Shown: one piece after another, positions 26,045-36,451 of the stretch
How positions within the stretch are numbered: position 1 is the first letter of the stretch
Layout: each line of letters starts with the position of its first letter
From: an uncultured Acidimicrobiia bacterium
GTDB lineage: Bacteria; Actinomycetota; Acidimicrobiia; Spongiisociales; UBA5794
Reading direction: 5' to 3'
Assembly: GCA_963792895.1 (NCBI GenBank)
Contig: CAWBYA010000008.1
Coordinates: 373,495 to 437,494 of the forward strand
Length of the DNA stretch: 64,000 nt
Made by a program: the position numbers and the translations under genes
Notes under the pieces: model-generated
Seen by the model: only the letters and a program-made list of their open reading frames with translations
Database searches by the model: none
What the model was told of the DNA's origin: nothing

Positions 26045-27741
26045 AGCGGCTCGCGGCCGTCCTGGCGCTGTTGCTCGTGGCTGCAGCTTGTTCGGGCGCC
26101 ACCGCCGACACCGTCGTTCCCGCACGTGAGTCGGCTCCCACGAATGATGCATCGGGGACGGCCGCCACTGCCCCGCCGGCAGCAGGCTCGGAAACGACGG
26201 GCGACGGCATCACCTGCTGGGCCGCCCCGGCAGCCGGGGGCTCGCCGGGCACGACCTTCGAGGACGTCACCGCCGCATGGGGTCTCATCGATCCGCTCAC
26301 CGGGATGCGCGGCCACGCTGCCGCATGGGGTGAGGTCGGCGCCGCCCACAGAGCCGACCTCTTCGTCGGCACCTTCGCCACTGCCCGCTCCGACATCTAC
26401 GTCGAGAGGGGTGCGACCGGCCCATCACCCGACCGGCTCCTGACCGACGACGGTGAGGGCTTCGCCATGGACTCCGGGTTTCCCCAGTCGTTCGGACGGA
26501 CCAGCGGCGCTGCATTCGCCGACCTCGACGGGGACGGCGACCACGATCTCGTCGTATCCCGCAACGCAGCGGAGCGAGATCAAGAGGGCGCGCCTACCCA
26601 AGTGCTGGAGAACACCGGATCGGGCTTTGCGATCGTCCCGGATGCCGGCATCGACCCGACGCTCGGCGGAAGATCCGTTGGGGTGCTCGACGTCGACGAA
26701 GACGGGCTGCTCGACCTCGTGATCATCGAAGACCGCTACCGCGGCGGATCCAGCCGCCTCTATCGCAACCTCGGCGACCTTCGTTTCGAAGACGCGACGA
26801 CGGCTCTCGGGCTCGGTGACGACGTCGAAGGGCTTGGAATCGCAACAGGCGATCTCAACAACGATGGCCACACCGATGTCTTCGTCGCCGGATCGAACCG
26901 GCTGTTCGTCGGAACGGGCTCGCGGCTGGCCGAAGCCGACGGCGCAGCGCTCCAGTGGGAGACGTTCGGGAACGAGGACGACGTGGCCGGAGCTGCCATC
27001 GCCGACGTCAACCGCGACGGATGGCTCGACCTCGTCGTCGGGCACCACTACAACAGCACTCTCAGCCAGGGCCAGCAGGTCCCGGTGCGGCTGTACCTCA
27101 ATCGCACCCGCGACGCCGGGGCGGCTCCTGTCCTCGAAGACGTGACTGAAGCGGCGGGCTTGATCGGGCTCCCGACGAAGGCGCCCCACGTCGAGTTGGC
27201 CGACCTCGACAACGACGGATGGCCCGACATCGTGACGACGGCGTCCGCCGACGACGGCATGCGGCCCGCCGTGTTCCGCCACCTCGGCCTCGTCGACGGC
27301 GTCCCCCGTTTCGAGGCGCCATCCGGGCTCGGGGCCGCCCAATACTGGGTGACCGGACCCACCGCCGACGTCGACCACGACGGCCGGCTCGACATCCTCC
27401 TCGTCGAGTGGGAGCCCTCGCTCCCGTCTCTGCTCCTCCACAACACCTCGGCGTCCGGCCATTGGCTGGAAGTGTCAGTCGGCCCCGAATTCGGCGGTGG
27501 CGTCGGCACCCGTGTCGATATCTATGCGGCCGGCGGAGCCGGCGACTCTGCGGCGCTCCTGGGCAGCCGCGAGATCGTTGCATCCCTCGGCTACACGGCG
27601 GGCGTACTCCAGGTCGCGCATTTCGGATTGGGAGACGCAACGACGGTCGACGTCATCGTCACGCCACCCCGAGGTGCCGAGCCCGTCACCGTCGACGGCG
27701 TCGCCGCAGACCAGCACATCCGGCTCCCCGGCGGCTGCTGA
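26041..27741 (+). CDS. FG-GAP/VCBS-repeat lipoprotein with C-terminal ASPIC/UnbV domain (CRTAC1-like)
   Basis: 566 aa; lipobox LLVAAAC; six D-x-D/N-x-DG-x-xD calcium-type repeats (DLDGDGDHDLVVS, DVDEDGLLDLVII, DLNNDGHTDVFVAG, DVNRDGWLDLVVG, DLDNDGWPDIVTT, DVDHDGRLDILLV); C-terminal RVDIYAAGG...HFGLGDATTVD. Confidence 0.7.
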   Translation: MKRLAAVLALLLVAAACSGATADTVVPARESAPTNDASGTAATAPPAAGSETTGDGITCWAAPAAGGSPGTTFEDVTAAWGLIDPLTGMRGHAAAWGEVGAAHRADLFVGTFATARSDIYVERGATGPSPDRLLTDDGEGFAMDSGFPQSFGRTSGAAFADLDGDGDHDLVVSRNAAERDQEGAPTQVLENTGSGFAIVPDAGIDPTLGGRSVGVLDVDEDGLLDLVIIEDRYRGGSSRLYRNLGDLRFEDATTALGLGDDVEGLGIATGDLNNDGHTDVFVAGSNRLFVGTGSRLAEADGAALQWETFGNEDDVAGAAIADVNRDGWLDLVVGHHYNSTLSQGQQVPVRLYLNRTRDAGAAPVLEDVTEAAGLIGLPTKAPHVELADLDNDGWPDIVTTASADDGMRPAVFRHLGLVDGVPRFEAPSGLGAAQYWVTGPTADVDHDGRLDILLVEWEPSLPSLLLHNTSASGHWLEVSVGPEFGGGVGTRVDIYAAGGAGDSAALLGSREIVASLGYTAGVLQVAHFGLGDATTVDVIVTPPRGAEPVTVDGVAADQHIRLPGGC

Positions 27742-27912
27742 CCACCCTCGTCGAAGATGCCACCCTCCGCCAGTCGGGCGGCGGCGTCCCTCCTCAGGCC
27801 CAAAACGCCCCACGGCAAGCATGAACGGTCGAGCTTTGCTGCCACTTTGCGCTGCCGCGCGCCGATGCCGTGCCGGGGTCGGCGATGCCTCCCCCGGCAC
27901 AGCTCGATGGGC

Positions 27913-28734
27913 TCAGGCCTCGGCGACCGGCATCCGGATCTCGGTGACCGGAGGTCCCGGCTCGTCTGGGCCCGTCAGGTAGATCTCGCGCACCGGGCCT
28001 GCGATGTGATAGCCGTGCTCTTCGATCCAGGACCCCAGTGCCTGGTACGTGCCGGCGAGCTCCTCGTACGGCCCGACATGTACGATCACTGCCGCGAGAC
28101 CGCCCTCCAGGGTCCGCACGTCGAGCTTGCGGCTCCCGGGGGTCGAGAGCGGCCCGCCGTCGTGCGCACCAACCGGACACACCACCTCGACGTCGATGCT
28201 CTCCGGGGTGAACTCGAGATCGTGGTACACCATGACCGGGGGGCCGACGATCTGGAGGCCGTTGGCGAACACCCCGCCGATCGCATCCTGAATCAGCTCC
28301 GCAATCCCTTCCGTGCTCGGCACGACCTCCCGCACCGCCAAGCCGGTGAGCGGCTCGATGGTCTTGACGATGACTTCCTTGTCGGGCATGGCGCCCTCCT
28401 TCTCGATCAGCCGGAGACGGGCCTCCACTCGGGCGAGCCTCGCCTGATCCTCGGCAACCCTCCGTCCGATCTCCGCGCGCTTGAGCACGAGCATGCCGCG
28501 CAACTCGGCGGGGCCGAGGTGCTCAGCCAGCACCCCTTTGATCTCGTCGAGGGACAGCCCGAGGTCTTTGAGCGCCAGGATCCGGTTGAGGACGGGGAGT
28601 TGGGCCCCTGTGTAGTACCGGTACCCGGACCAAGCGTCCACCACGGCGGGCGCGAAGATTCCGATGGAGTCGTAGTACCGCAGCGCAGATACCGGCACCA
28701 TCGAAACTTGCGAGAACTCGCCGATCTTGAACAC
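27913..28734 (-). CDS. MerR-family transcriptional regulator with GyrI-like effector-binding domain
   Basis: N-terminal HTH FKIGEFSQVSMVPVSALRYYDSIGI, coiled-coil linker, C-terminal GyrI-like domain; GTG start at 28734 preferred. Confidence 0.7.
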   Translation of the reverse strand: MFKIGEFSQVSMVPVSALRYYDSIGIFAPAVVDAWSGYRYYTGAQLPVLNRILALKDLGLSLDEIKGVLAEHLGPAELRGMLVLKRAEIGRRVAEDQARLARVEARLRLIEKEGAMPDKEVIVKTIEPLTGLAVREVVPSTEGIAELIQDAIGGVFANGLQIVGPPVMVYHDLEFTPESIDVEVVCPVGAHDGGPLSTPGSRKLDVRTLEGGLAAVIVHVGPYEELAGTYQALGSWIEEHGYHIAGPVREIYLTGPDEPGPPVTEIRMPVAEA

Positions 28735-28857
28735 GCACCGCCTCCGATCACTCAATCTGCTGAAGGCCCACCGAGTGTGCACCCTCGAGTAGGTCGAGAG
28801 TCAAGAGGCTTTGGGCTCAGTCGCCCCGATCCTCGCTCGCCGGAGGCGTGAAGGCGT

Positions 28858-30300
28858 TCAGAGCCGGTCGAGCGCCGTGCCGATGCGCTCCAAGGTCGTC
28901 TCCCTGCCAACCGCCGCCAACGACTCGAACAGAGGCGGGCTGATGGATGAGCCGGTGACGGCGACTCGCAGCGGCTGGAACCCCTTCCGGGCAGACAGCT
29001 CGAGGTCGTCGAGCACTCCACGCAGCGTTCCTTCGATCGCTTCCGTATGCCACTCGTCCAGGGCTGCGAGACGCTCGCCCGCCGTCGCCAGCAAGCCGCC
29101 GACCTCCGGCTTCGTCATCACCTTGTCCCAGGAAGCATCGTCGTATTCGATCGCTCCGAACAGGAACCGCACCTGCGGGCCGATCTCGGTGAGCAACTTC
29201 GTGCGCTCTTGCACGAGCGGTGCGATCTCACCGAACACGGCCTGCTCCGCATCATCGAGATCGCGGCCGAGGGTGGCCGCCACGAAGGGCATCGCATGAG
29301 CCACGAAGTCGGCGACGCTCAACTCGCGGATGTAGACGCCGTTCATCCACTCGAGCTTCGTCACATCGAAGACTGCCGGGCTCTTCGAGACCGCGCCGAG
29401 GTCGAAACGCTCCGCCATCGTCGCCAGCGACACGATCTCCTCGTCCTCCCCCGGAGACCACGACAGGATCGCCAGGTAATTGCGGACCGCCTCGGCAAGG
29501 TACCCGTCTTCACGGTAGGCGGAGATGGCCGTGTGACCGTGCCGCTTCGACAGCTTGGCGCCATCGGGCCCCATGAGAAGCGGCAAGTGCGCGTATGTCG
29601 GTAACGCGTTGCCAAGCGCCTGGGTAAGCAGGATGTGCTTGGGCGTGGACGACAGCAAGTCCTCGCCGCGCACGACGTGAGTGATCTCGAAGTCGACATC
29701 GTCGACGGTTGAGGCGAGGTGGTAGGTCGGGGACCCATCCGACCGCAAGATGACGAAGTCGTCCACCTGCACGTGGTCGAAACGCACTTCGCCGCGCACC
29801 ACGTCGGTGAACACCGTCTCCCCCGGCCTCGGCACGGCGAACCTGATCGGGGCGGGCTCACCTTCGGAAACGCGCCGCTCGGTCTCCTCGGCGGTCAACC
29901 GCATGCGACCGTCGTAGGCAGGCGGCCTCCCGGCGGCCTGCGCCTCCTTGCGGAACGCATCGAGCTGATCGGGAGTCTCGAACGAGTAGTAGGCCAGCCC
30001 CTCCGCAACGAGGCGATGCGCCACGGTGCGATAGCGGTCCATCCGTCTGCTCTGCCGGTAGGGGTCGTGCGGGCCGCCGACGGCGATTCCTTCGTCCCAA
30101 TCGAGGCCGAGCCACTCCATACTGGCGAGGATGTCCGCGTAGTACTCGTCAGTCGATCGCTCCTGATCCGTGTCGTCGCTGCGCAGGATCATCGTTCCGC
30201 CGTTGCGCCGAGCGAACAGCCAGTTGTACAGCGCCGTCCGGCCACCGCCGACGTGGAGGAAGCCCGTTGGGGAGGGAGCGAAGCGCACACGCACGCTCAC
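28858..30300 (-). CDS. gltX: glutamate--tRNA ligase
   Basis: 480 aa; RVRFAPSPTGFLHVGGGRTALYNWLFAR (HIGH region), KLSKRHG (KMSKS motif). Confidence 0.9.
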   Translation of the reverse strand: MSVRVRFAPSPTGFLHVGGGRTALYNWLFARRNGGTMILRSDDTDQERSTDEYYADILASMEWLGLDWDEGIAVGGPHDPYRQSRRMDRYRTVAHRLVAEGLAYYSFETPDQLDAFRKEAQAAGRPPAYDGRMRLTAEETERRVSEGEPAPIRFAVPRPGETVFTDVVRGEVRFDHVQVDDFVILRSDGSPTYHLASTVDDVDFEITHVVRGEDLLSSTPKHILLTQALGNALPTYAHLPLLMGPDGAKLSKRHGHTAISAYREDGYLAEAVRNYLAILSWSPGEDEEIVSLATMAERFDLGAVSKSPAVFDVTKLEWMNGVYIRELSVADFVAHAMPFVAATLGRDLDDAEQAVFGEIAPLVQERTKLLTEIGPQVRFLFGAIEYDDASWDKVMTKPEVGGLLATAGERLAALDEWHTEAIEGTLRGVLDDLELSARKGFQPLRVAVTGSSISPPLFESLAAVGRETTLERIGTALDRL

Positions 30301-31061
30301 GCAGCCACCACCGGGTTCAGCAGCACGCCAACGCCTTCGATCTCGACCTCGACCCTGTCCCCAGCGACGATTGGGCCGACCCCAGCGGGCGTGCCGGTGA
30401 GGATCACGTCGCCGGGGAGCAGCGTCATGATCTCGGAGATGAACGACACGAGCTCGCCTACGCCGAACACCATGTCACTCGTTGAGCCCGCCTGGCGGAT
30501 CTCATCGTTGACGCGGCAGATGATCGACAGGCCCTCCTGGGGATCGAGTTCCGTGTCGATGGCCGGCCCTAGCGGACAGAAAGTGTCGAAGCCCTTGGCT
30601 CTCGTGAACTTTCCGTCGGCCCGCTGAAGGTCCCGCGCCGTGACGTCGTTGGCAGCCGTGTACCCCAGGATGTGCGGCCCCACGTCTTCGATTTGCACGT
30701 TGCGGGTGACGGTGCCGATGACCACGGCGAGCTCGGCCTCGTGATGAACCTCATGCGACATCGCCGGCAGCCGGATCGCCTGGAGGGGCCCGATGATCGT
30801 CGTCGGCGGTTTGAGGAAGATGATCGGGATGTCGGGGACCGGGTTGCCGAGCTCGGCGGCGTGGTCGGCGTAGTTGCGGCCGACGGCGACGATCTTCGTT
30901 GGGATCACCGGGGCGAGCAGCCGCGCCTTGTCCCATGCCACGATCGTCTCGGTCGGCTCCCATGCGACGAACGGGGTGCCACGATGAAGACGAATCCCCT
31001 CGGGCTCCACGGCGCCGTAGGTGATGTCATCGACCTCCGAGTCGACGCGCACGATCTTCAT
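30297..31061 (-). CDS. fumarylacetoacetate-hydrolase (FAH) family protein
   Basis: 254 aa; FAH-fold motifs (IVAVGRNYADHAAELG..., EAELAVVIG, PLGP); 4-nt overlap with gltX as in mycobacterial synteny. Confidence 0.75.
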   Translation of the reverse strand: MKIVRVDSEVDDITYGAVEPEGIRLHRGTPFVAWEPTETIVAWDKARLLAPVIPTKIVAVGRNYADHAAELGNPVPDIPIIFLKPPTTIIGPLQAIRLPAMSHEVHHEAELAVVIGTVTRNVQIEDVGPHILGYTAANDVTARDLQRADGKFTRAKGFDTFCPLGPAIDTELDPQEGLSIICRVNDEIRQAGSTSDMVFGVGELVSFISEIMTLLPGDVILTGTPAGVGPIVAGDRVEVEIEGVGVLLNPVVAA

Positions 31062-31089
31062 GTCATCCCCATTCGATTGAGCGGTGAGC

Positions 31090-31611
31090 TCACCGCAGGA
31101 TCAAGCGCTCGCCGGCCGCCATCCGGGCGCGCAAGTCCTCGAGGGGCGCTGCCAGGTTCTCGATCGGTACCGAAGCGACCAGCTCCCTCGCCTTCGCCGG
31201 ACTGTGTCCGAGGTTGGCGAACCATTTGATGCGTTGTTTCGCCATCGTGGTCACGAGATCCGATGGGAGCCCGCTGGGGGCGAGTCCGAGGATCGTGATG
31301 GCGACATCGACGTCGCGAGCGATGGGAGCCCTGCCGAAATGCGACGCTCTCGCGCCCGCGAGCGCCGCTATCGCGACCTCTGCGTTGTGGCGGTCCTCGC
31401 CGGCGAGCAACACGAGATCCCGGCCGCGGACGAGCTTGAGGGCGTAACCGGTGTCGGGGCCCGTGGTGCCGAACGCTCCGCCCCACGGCACTTCCTGCGG
31501 GGTGGTCATCTCCCCCGGGCGCCGGGGGCTCCATCGCCGCGCCGGCGCCGGCGCCGCCTTGGGACGGGGGAGGTCGGAGATCTCGAGCTCGATGTTCGGC
31601 TGCTGGCCCAT
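31090..31611 (-). CDS. hypothetical protein
   Basis: 173 aa ORF with good coding-frame GC3 bias, no recognisable motif. Confidence 0.4.
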   Translation of the reverse strand: MGQQPNIELEISDLPRPKAAPAPARRWSPRRPGEMTTPQEVPWGGAFGTTGPDTGYALKLVRGRDLVLLAGEDRHNAEVAIAALAGARASHFGRAPIARDVDVAITILGLAPSGLPSDLVTTMAKQRIKWFANLGHSPAKARELVASVPIENLAAPLEDLRARMAAGERLILR

Positions 31612-31657
31612 GGAGACGGCATGCTACCCGAGTCGTCACGAACCCGGGCAGCGGACG

Positions 31658-32692
31658 TTACCCGGTGACCGGGGTGAGCCAACCGTGCCGATCTTCGGCT
31701 TCGCCAATGTGCAGATCGGTGAGCGCTTTGCGCAGCCGAAGGGTGTGGCTGCCTACGGCGCCGGTTCCGACGGGCAGCTCTTCACTGACGAGCATGAGGC
31801 TGCCGACGGCGGCGAGCACCGCAGCGGTTCCGGAGAGCGCCGCCTCGGAGGCCTCGTGAGAGGCCCATTCAACGAGCTCGTCGACGGTGAGTTTGTCGCG
31901 TTGCCCCACCTCGTAGCCGAGGTCTGCAGCGAGCGTGAGGACGGAGTCGCGGGTCACGCCGTGCAGAAACGCCTCGGTGAGTGCGGGGGTGATCACATGC
32001 TCGGGATTGATCATGAGGAAGTTGGCGGCACCCGTCTCTTGGATGATTCCTCCGGGGGCGAAGAGCACCTGGTCGGCGCCGAGCGACTGCTTCGCGTGCA
32101 TGGTCGGCCCAAGTGCCATGACGTAGTTGGCGCCGGACTTCACCATGCCGAACTGCGGTGTCGTGCGCGGCCTGACAGTCTCGAGGGCGAGCTTCAGGGG
32201 CCGAACGCCACCGGCGAAGTAGTCGCCGACGGGGCTCGCCAACACGTAGAGCATGGCCTGTGAAGACGGCACCGCGGCCGCTCCGATGTTGGGGACCGTT
32301 CCGATCAAGGTCGGGCGCAGGTAGAGCGATCCGGGCGCGGCAGGCACCTCGTCGAGGCAGGCGCTCACGACGTCGAGCACCATGCTCGTGAGCATCTCCG
32401 CCGGCGGGACCGGCAACATCAGGATCTCGGCCGAAGAACGCATGCGCCGCACGTGAGCATCGAGCCGGAACACGCGAACGATGCCGTCGGTGCCGCGGTG
32501 GGCCTTCAGACCCTCGAAGCACGCGCTTCCGTAGTGGAGGACGTGCGTGGCCGGGTGCAACGACAACGGCTCCACTGGGCCGACTCTCGGCTCACTCCAC
32601 TCGCCTTCGGCCCAGCCGGCTACCACCATCGAGCTCGCAAAGACACTGCCGAACGGCGCAGTCGGGGCGGGCGGTGCGGACTGGGTGGTCAT
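31658..32692 (-). CDS. ilvE: branched-chain amino acid aminotransferase (class IV)
   Basis: HYGSACFEGLKAHR...GANYV...LFAPGGIIQETGAANFLMI; start at atg 32690-32692 (MTTQSAPP), upstream 280 codons of the ORF are non-coding artefact. Confidence 0.85.
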   Translation of the reverse strand: MTTQSAPPAPTAPFGSVFASSMVVAGWAEGEWSEPRVGPVEPLSLHPATHVLHYGSACFEGLKAHRGTDGIVRVFRLDAHVRRMRSSAEILMLPVPPAEMLTSMVLDVVSACLDEVPAAPGSLYLRPTLIGTVPNIGAAAVPSSQAMLYVLASPVGDYFAGGVRPLKLALETVRPRTTPQFGMVKSGANYVMALGPTMHAKQSLGADQVLFAPGGIIQETGAANFLMINPEHVITPALTEAFLHGVTRDSVLTLAADLGYEVGQRDKLTVDELVEWASHEASEAALSGTAAVLAAVGSLMLVSEELPVGTGAVGSHTLRLRKALTDLHIGEAEDRHGWLTPVTG

Positions 32693-32781
32693 CGGTCCTC
32701 CCTGAGGTCTCCTGAGATGCAGACTGTATCGGCCGTGCGGCCGGCAGCCAATCGGGCGGGCGACCCGGCGGCCCGGGTACC

Positions 32782-34719
32782 TCAGTCCCCGGCGCCGCCC
32801 TTCAGGTGACGGGCATGCCACTCGAGGATCATTTCGAACCGTTCCAGTCGGTGCTTCGGGGCACCCCCTCGGCTGAGCTCGTGGCCCTCGCCGGCCGGGA
32901 AGCGCACCATCGCAGTTTCCGTTCCGGCGTGTACGAGTGCGGCAAACAGTTGCTCGCCCTGCTCGATGGGCGTCCGGTAGTCCGTCTCGGAATGAACTAC
33001 CAGCGTCGGTGTGGTGATGGCAGATGCGCGGGCGAGGGGCCCCGACCGCCAGAGGAGGTCCGGGTCCTCGTGTGCGTCGACTCCCACGTAGGCCTTGCCG
33101 AACCACATTCCGATGTCGGAGGTGCCCGCAAAGGACGTCCAGGAGTAGAGGCCTCTCTCGGCGACCGCCGACCGGAAGCGATGCTCGACGGCGGTCGCCC
33201 GGGCCGTCATCAAGCCCCCGTACGATCCGCCCATGATCCCGACGTTCTGGATGTCCAGGCGTGGCGCAACCGCAGCGGCGGCATCGACGGCGGCGAGGAC
33301 GTCGGCGAGATCGGGCGGCATCTCTTCGTGCCATCTGCCGACGACGGCGCGTACGTGGTCGTCCCCATAGCCGCTCGACCCGCGAGGGTTGGTTGCCACA
33401 ATGCCGTAGCCGGCACCGACGTACACCTGGAACTCGTCGAAGAACCCGTAGCCGTACTGGGTCGCCGGGCCACCATGGATGTTGAGGAGCGTCGGTACCG
33501 GCCCCTCGCCAGGCGGCAGGTAGACCCATCCCTCGACCGTCGCGCCGTCGTGGTCGATCGTGAAGCGCTGCGGCTCGGCCAGTTCAACGCCTGCCCGGAA
33601 TTCGTCGTTGAGCGTCGTGAGACGTCGCTCCTCGCCGTCCTCCCACCACCACAGCTCCCCCGGGTCCGTGGGAGTGGTCGCCGTGAACGCAAAGGCCGAG
33701 CCGTCGCTCCGCGGACTCGCTCCCGTCACCACGCGGTCGCCGCCGACCAGATCGTTCGTCGTGCCGTCGGATCCCAGTCGAATCACCCGAATCCTGCCCT
33801 CGTCCTCGAGGATCGACACTGCGGTTCCGTCATCCAGCCACTGCGGCCCTGCCGGGGCAATCTCAGGCGAGAACGTCGCGATGCTGCGATCCAAGTGGCC
33901 GGTGAGGTTCGTCATGGCATCGTCGAGCCGGCGCAACACAGGGACGCCGGGGAACGCCCATGGGTCGGGGTCGCCGATTGCGTGGAGCATGCCCGACCGG
34001 TCGTAGCTCGGCGTCCCCCACGTGCCCACGGGCGCCACATCGGCAACGTCGCCTCCAGGTAGCGAAACGGTGAAGATCTGCGCTCCCGGGTCGACGTGCC
34101 GGGTCGCGTGGCGCCTACTCACGAACGCTATCTCGGCGGCGTCCGGCCGCCACGCGATCATGCTCTCGGTGAAGTCGCCTTCGGTGAGACATCGGGGATC
34201 TGCGGTGCGAGCAGGATCGACCAGCCACACATGGGTGTGCCGGTCGGATCGCCATCCCTGATTGTCTCCCCGGTAGGGAATCTCGGTGATCCTTCGCGGG
34301 CGCCTCGCGCGCTCCTCATCGTCGAGGTCGGCCAGTTCGGGGATCCACTCGGACGCGACAACGGCGATCGACGCACCGTCGGGGGACCACTCCGCCTCCG
34401 TCACGCCGAGGGCAAAACCGGTGATGATCTCGGCTTCGCCGCCGCCCATCGGCAACACGGCAACCTGCGCCTTCGCGCTCTTGTCCGCACCCTTGCGAAG
34501 GAACAGCAGGTGGCTCCCGTCCGGAGCCCAGCGCGGGCGGGTGTCGCCCGGCCCGGCGGTCAACGCGCGTGCGGTCGCTCCGTCCCACAGCCACAGCCTC
34601 CGAACGTACCGGTCGGCTGCGAGGTCCATCTGGGTGACCACGAATGCGACCGAGACACCGTCCGGGTGGATCCGGGGATCCGACGGGACCCGGTAGTCGC
34701 CGAGCTGATCGGGGCGCAT
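32782..34719 (-). CDS. S9-family serine peptidase (prolyl oligopeptidase/acylaminoacyl peptidase-like) with N-terminal beta-propeller
   Basis: 645 aa from atg 34717-34719; catalytic GGSYGG nucleophile elbow, C-terminal Asp/His region. Confidence 0.8.
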   Translation of the reverse strand: MRPDQLGDYRVPSDPRIHPDGVSVAFVVTQMDLAADRYVRRLWLWDGATARALTAGPGDTRPRWAPDGSHLLFLRKGADKSAKAQVAVLPMGGGEAEIITGFALGVTEAEWSPDGASIAVVASEWIPELADLDDEERARRPRRITEIPYRGDNQGWRSDRHTHVWLVDPARTADPRCLTEGDFTESMIAWRPDAAEIAFVSRRHATRHVDPGAQIFTVSLPGGDVADVAPVGTWGTPSYDRSGMLHAIGDPDPWAFPGVPVLRRLDDAMTNLTGHLDRSIATFSPEIAPAGPQWLDDGTAVSILEDEGRIRVIRLGSDGTTNDLVGGDRVVTGASPRSDGSAFAFTATTPTDPGELWWWEDGEERRLTTLNDEFRAGVELAEPQRFTIDHDGATVEGWVYLPPGEGPVPTLLNIHGGPATQYGYGFFDEFQVYVGAGYGIVATNPRGSSGYGDDHVRAVVGRWHEEMPPDLADVLAAVDAAAAVAPRLDIQNVGIMGGSYGGLMTARATAVEHRFRSAVAERGLYSWTSFAGTSDIGMWFGKAYVGVDAHEDPDLLWRSGPLARASAITTPTLVVHSETDYRTPIEQGEQLFAALVHAGTETAMVRFPAGEGHELSRGGAPKHRLERFEMILEWHARHLKGGAGD

Positions 34720-34899
34720 GGCATTCCTCTCGAGAGATCGGGCACGAAGAGTACCGCCGGCGTCGGTGCCGCTTCTCACGCCGCAGCCAGGACGGTGCAG
34801 GATGTTTCGGCGGTTTCGGTGGGATAGGTGTTGGAGCGCATCGACGTCATTGCATTCCAGGTTTCTGGTTGCGCGTCTTCGGCACCCTCCTAGGGTCAC

Positions 34900-35409
34900 G
34901 TGATGAGCAAGACTCCCGAATCTGAGCTTTCAACCCTCGGCCGGTTCCTCGATGCCTATCGCGGGGCCTGTCTGTTCAAGCTCGACGGGCTCTCAGAGGG
35001 CGACGCCCGCCGGCCGATGGTTCCCTCTGGGAACTCGTTGCTCAGCATCGTCAAGCACCTCGGTTACGTCGAGCGCTGGTGGTATCGAGCAGTGCTGGCG
35101 GGCGAGGATCCGGAGTTTCCTTGGAGCGACGAGGACCCCGATGCCGATTGGCGTCTCGAAGAGTCGGACACGGTGGCATCCGTCGCCGCGTTCTATGCAG
35201 CTGAGTGCGACGTGAGTCGACGCATCCACGAAGCCCTCGACGATCCTGAGGTGAAGGTCACGTTCGGCCCAAACGAGTCCCCTGTGCGCGACATCGTGGT
35301 CCACATGATCGAGGAGACGGCTCGCCACGCAGGGCACATGGACATCATGCGAGAGCTCATCGACGGCGCCACCGGCGGCTTCGCACCCGGAGGGGCCCCG
35401 TGGGCCTGA
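34900..35409 (+). CDS. DinB/DUF664-family (mycothiol-dependent-enzyme-like) protein
   Basis: 169 aa; LSIVKHLGYVERWWY and HMIEETARHAGHMDIMRE four-helix-bundle His motifs. Confidence 0.6.
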   Translation: MMSKTPESELSTLGRFLDAYRGACLFKLDGLSEGDARRPMVPSGNSLLSIVKHLGYVERWWYRAVLAGEDPEFPWSDEDPDADWRLEESDTVASVAAFYAAECDVSRRIHEALDDPEVKVTFGPNESPVRDIVVHMIEETARHAGHMDIMRELIDGATGGFAPGGAPWA

Positions 35410-35422
35410 GCGCACGTCCCGA

Positions 35423-36451
35423 TCAGTAGGCAGCGAGCGATCTCGCAGCCGCCTCGATCTTGACAGCCGAGGGGCGGTATGCGGCCTCGAGGGGAGGGCT
35501 GAAGGGGACGGGCGCGTCGAGCCCCCCGAGGCGCAGCGGCGGGGAATCCAAGAGATCGAACCACCGCTCTGCGATCTCAGCCGCGATCTCGGCTCCAACG
35601 CCGAGCATCCGGTTCGCCGAATGGACTATCAGCACCTTGCCGGTTCGTCGCACGGTCGCAGCAACCGCATCCCAGTCCAGCGGCTTCAAAGAGCGGAGAT
35701 CCAGCACCTCGGCGTCGATGCCGTCGGTGGCCATCGTCTCCGCAGCGGTGATCGCCTCCCGAACCTGGGCGCCGTAGGTGATGATCGAGAGGTCGTTTCC
35801 CGGCCGCACGACCGCTGCGGTGCCGATCGGCACGACGTGCTCGCCGGCCGGGACGTGTCCTTTCACGGACCGGTAGAGCGGTTTCGGCTCGAAGTAGATC
35901 ACCGGGTTTGGGTCTCGGATCGATGCGACGAGCAGCCCCTTGGCGTCGGCCGGGTTGGACGGCGACACCACCTTGAGTCCCGGCGTATGGACGAACCACG
36001 CTTCGGGATTCTGGCTGTGGAAGGGACCGCTCGAAATGCCCCCGTCGCTCGGCGCCCGGATCACCCACGGCACGGCGGCACCCCATCGGTAGTGGTTGGT
36101 GGCGGCGTACTGGACGATGCTGTCGAACGCGGAGCTGATGAAGTCGGCGAACTGTATCTCGACCACGGGCCGCAACCCCATGAGCGCCATCCCGGTGGCC
36201 ATACCAACGAAGCTCAACTCGGCGAGTGGCGTGTTGCGGACCCGATGATCGCCGAACTCGGCGGCCAGGCCGTCGGTGACCTTGAAGGCCCCACCGAACT
36301 CGCCGCCGACATCTTCGCCGATGATGCACACGTTCTCGTCGCGTGCCATCTCGTGTCGCAGCGCCTCGCGAATCGCCTCGAGGAACGTCAGCTCCCGCCC
36401 CTTCGGTTGCGCACCCGGTCCCCCATCGACGACATCGCCGACGCCGGTCAT
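35423..36451 (-). CDS. 2-oxoacid dehydrogenase E1 component beta subunit
   Basis: 342 aa; transketolase-like pyrimidine-binding and C-terminal domains (IIGEDVGGEFGGAFKVTDGLAAEFG). Confidence 0.85.
   Translation of the reverse strand: MTGVGDVVDGGPGAQPKGRELTFLEAIREALRHEMARDENVCIIGEDVGGEFGGAFKVTDGLAAEFGDHRVRNTPLAELSFVGMATGMALMGLRPVVEIQFADFISSAFDSIVQYAATNHYRWGAAVPWVIRAPSDGGISSGPFHSQNPEAWFVHTPGLKVVSPSNPADAKGLLVASIRDPNPVIYFEPKPLYRSVKGHVPAGEHVVPIGTAAVVRPGNDLSIITYGAQVREAITAAETMATDGIDAEVLDLRSLKPLDWDAVAATVRRTGKVLIVHSANRMLGVGAEIAAEIAERWFDLLDSPPLRLGGLDAPVPFSPPLEAAYRPSAVKIEAAARSLAAY

Noticed and set aside
31658-33529. 623-aa ORF containing ilvE
   Set aside because: The N-terminal 279 codons are Arg-rich junk overlapping the S9 peptidase gene. 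The conserved BCAT begins at Met 280 (32692).
32806-34062. 418-aa plus-strand ORF
   Set aside because: Antisense to the S9 peptidase gene.
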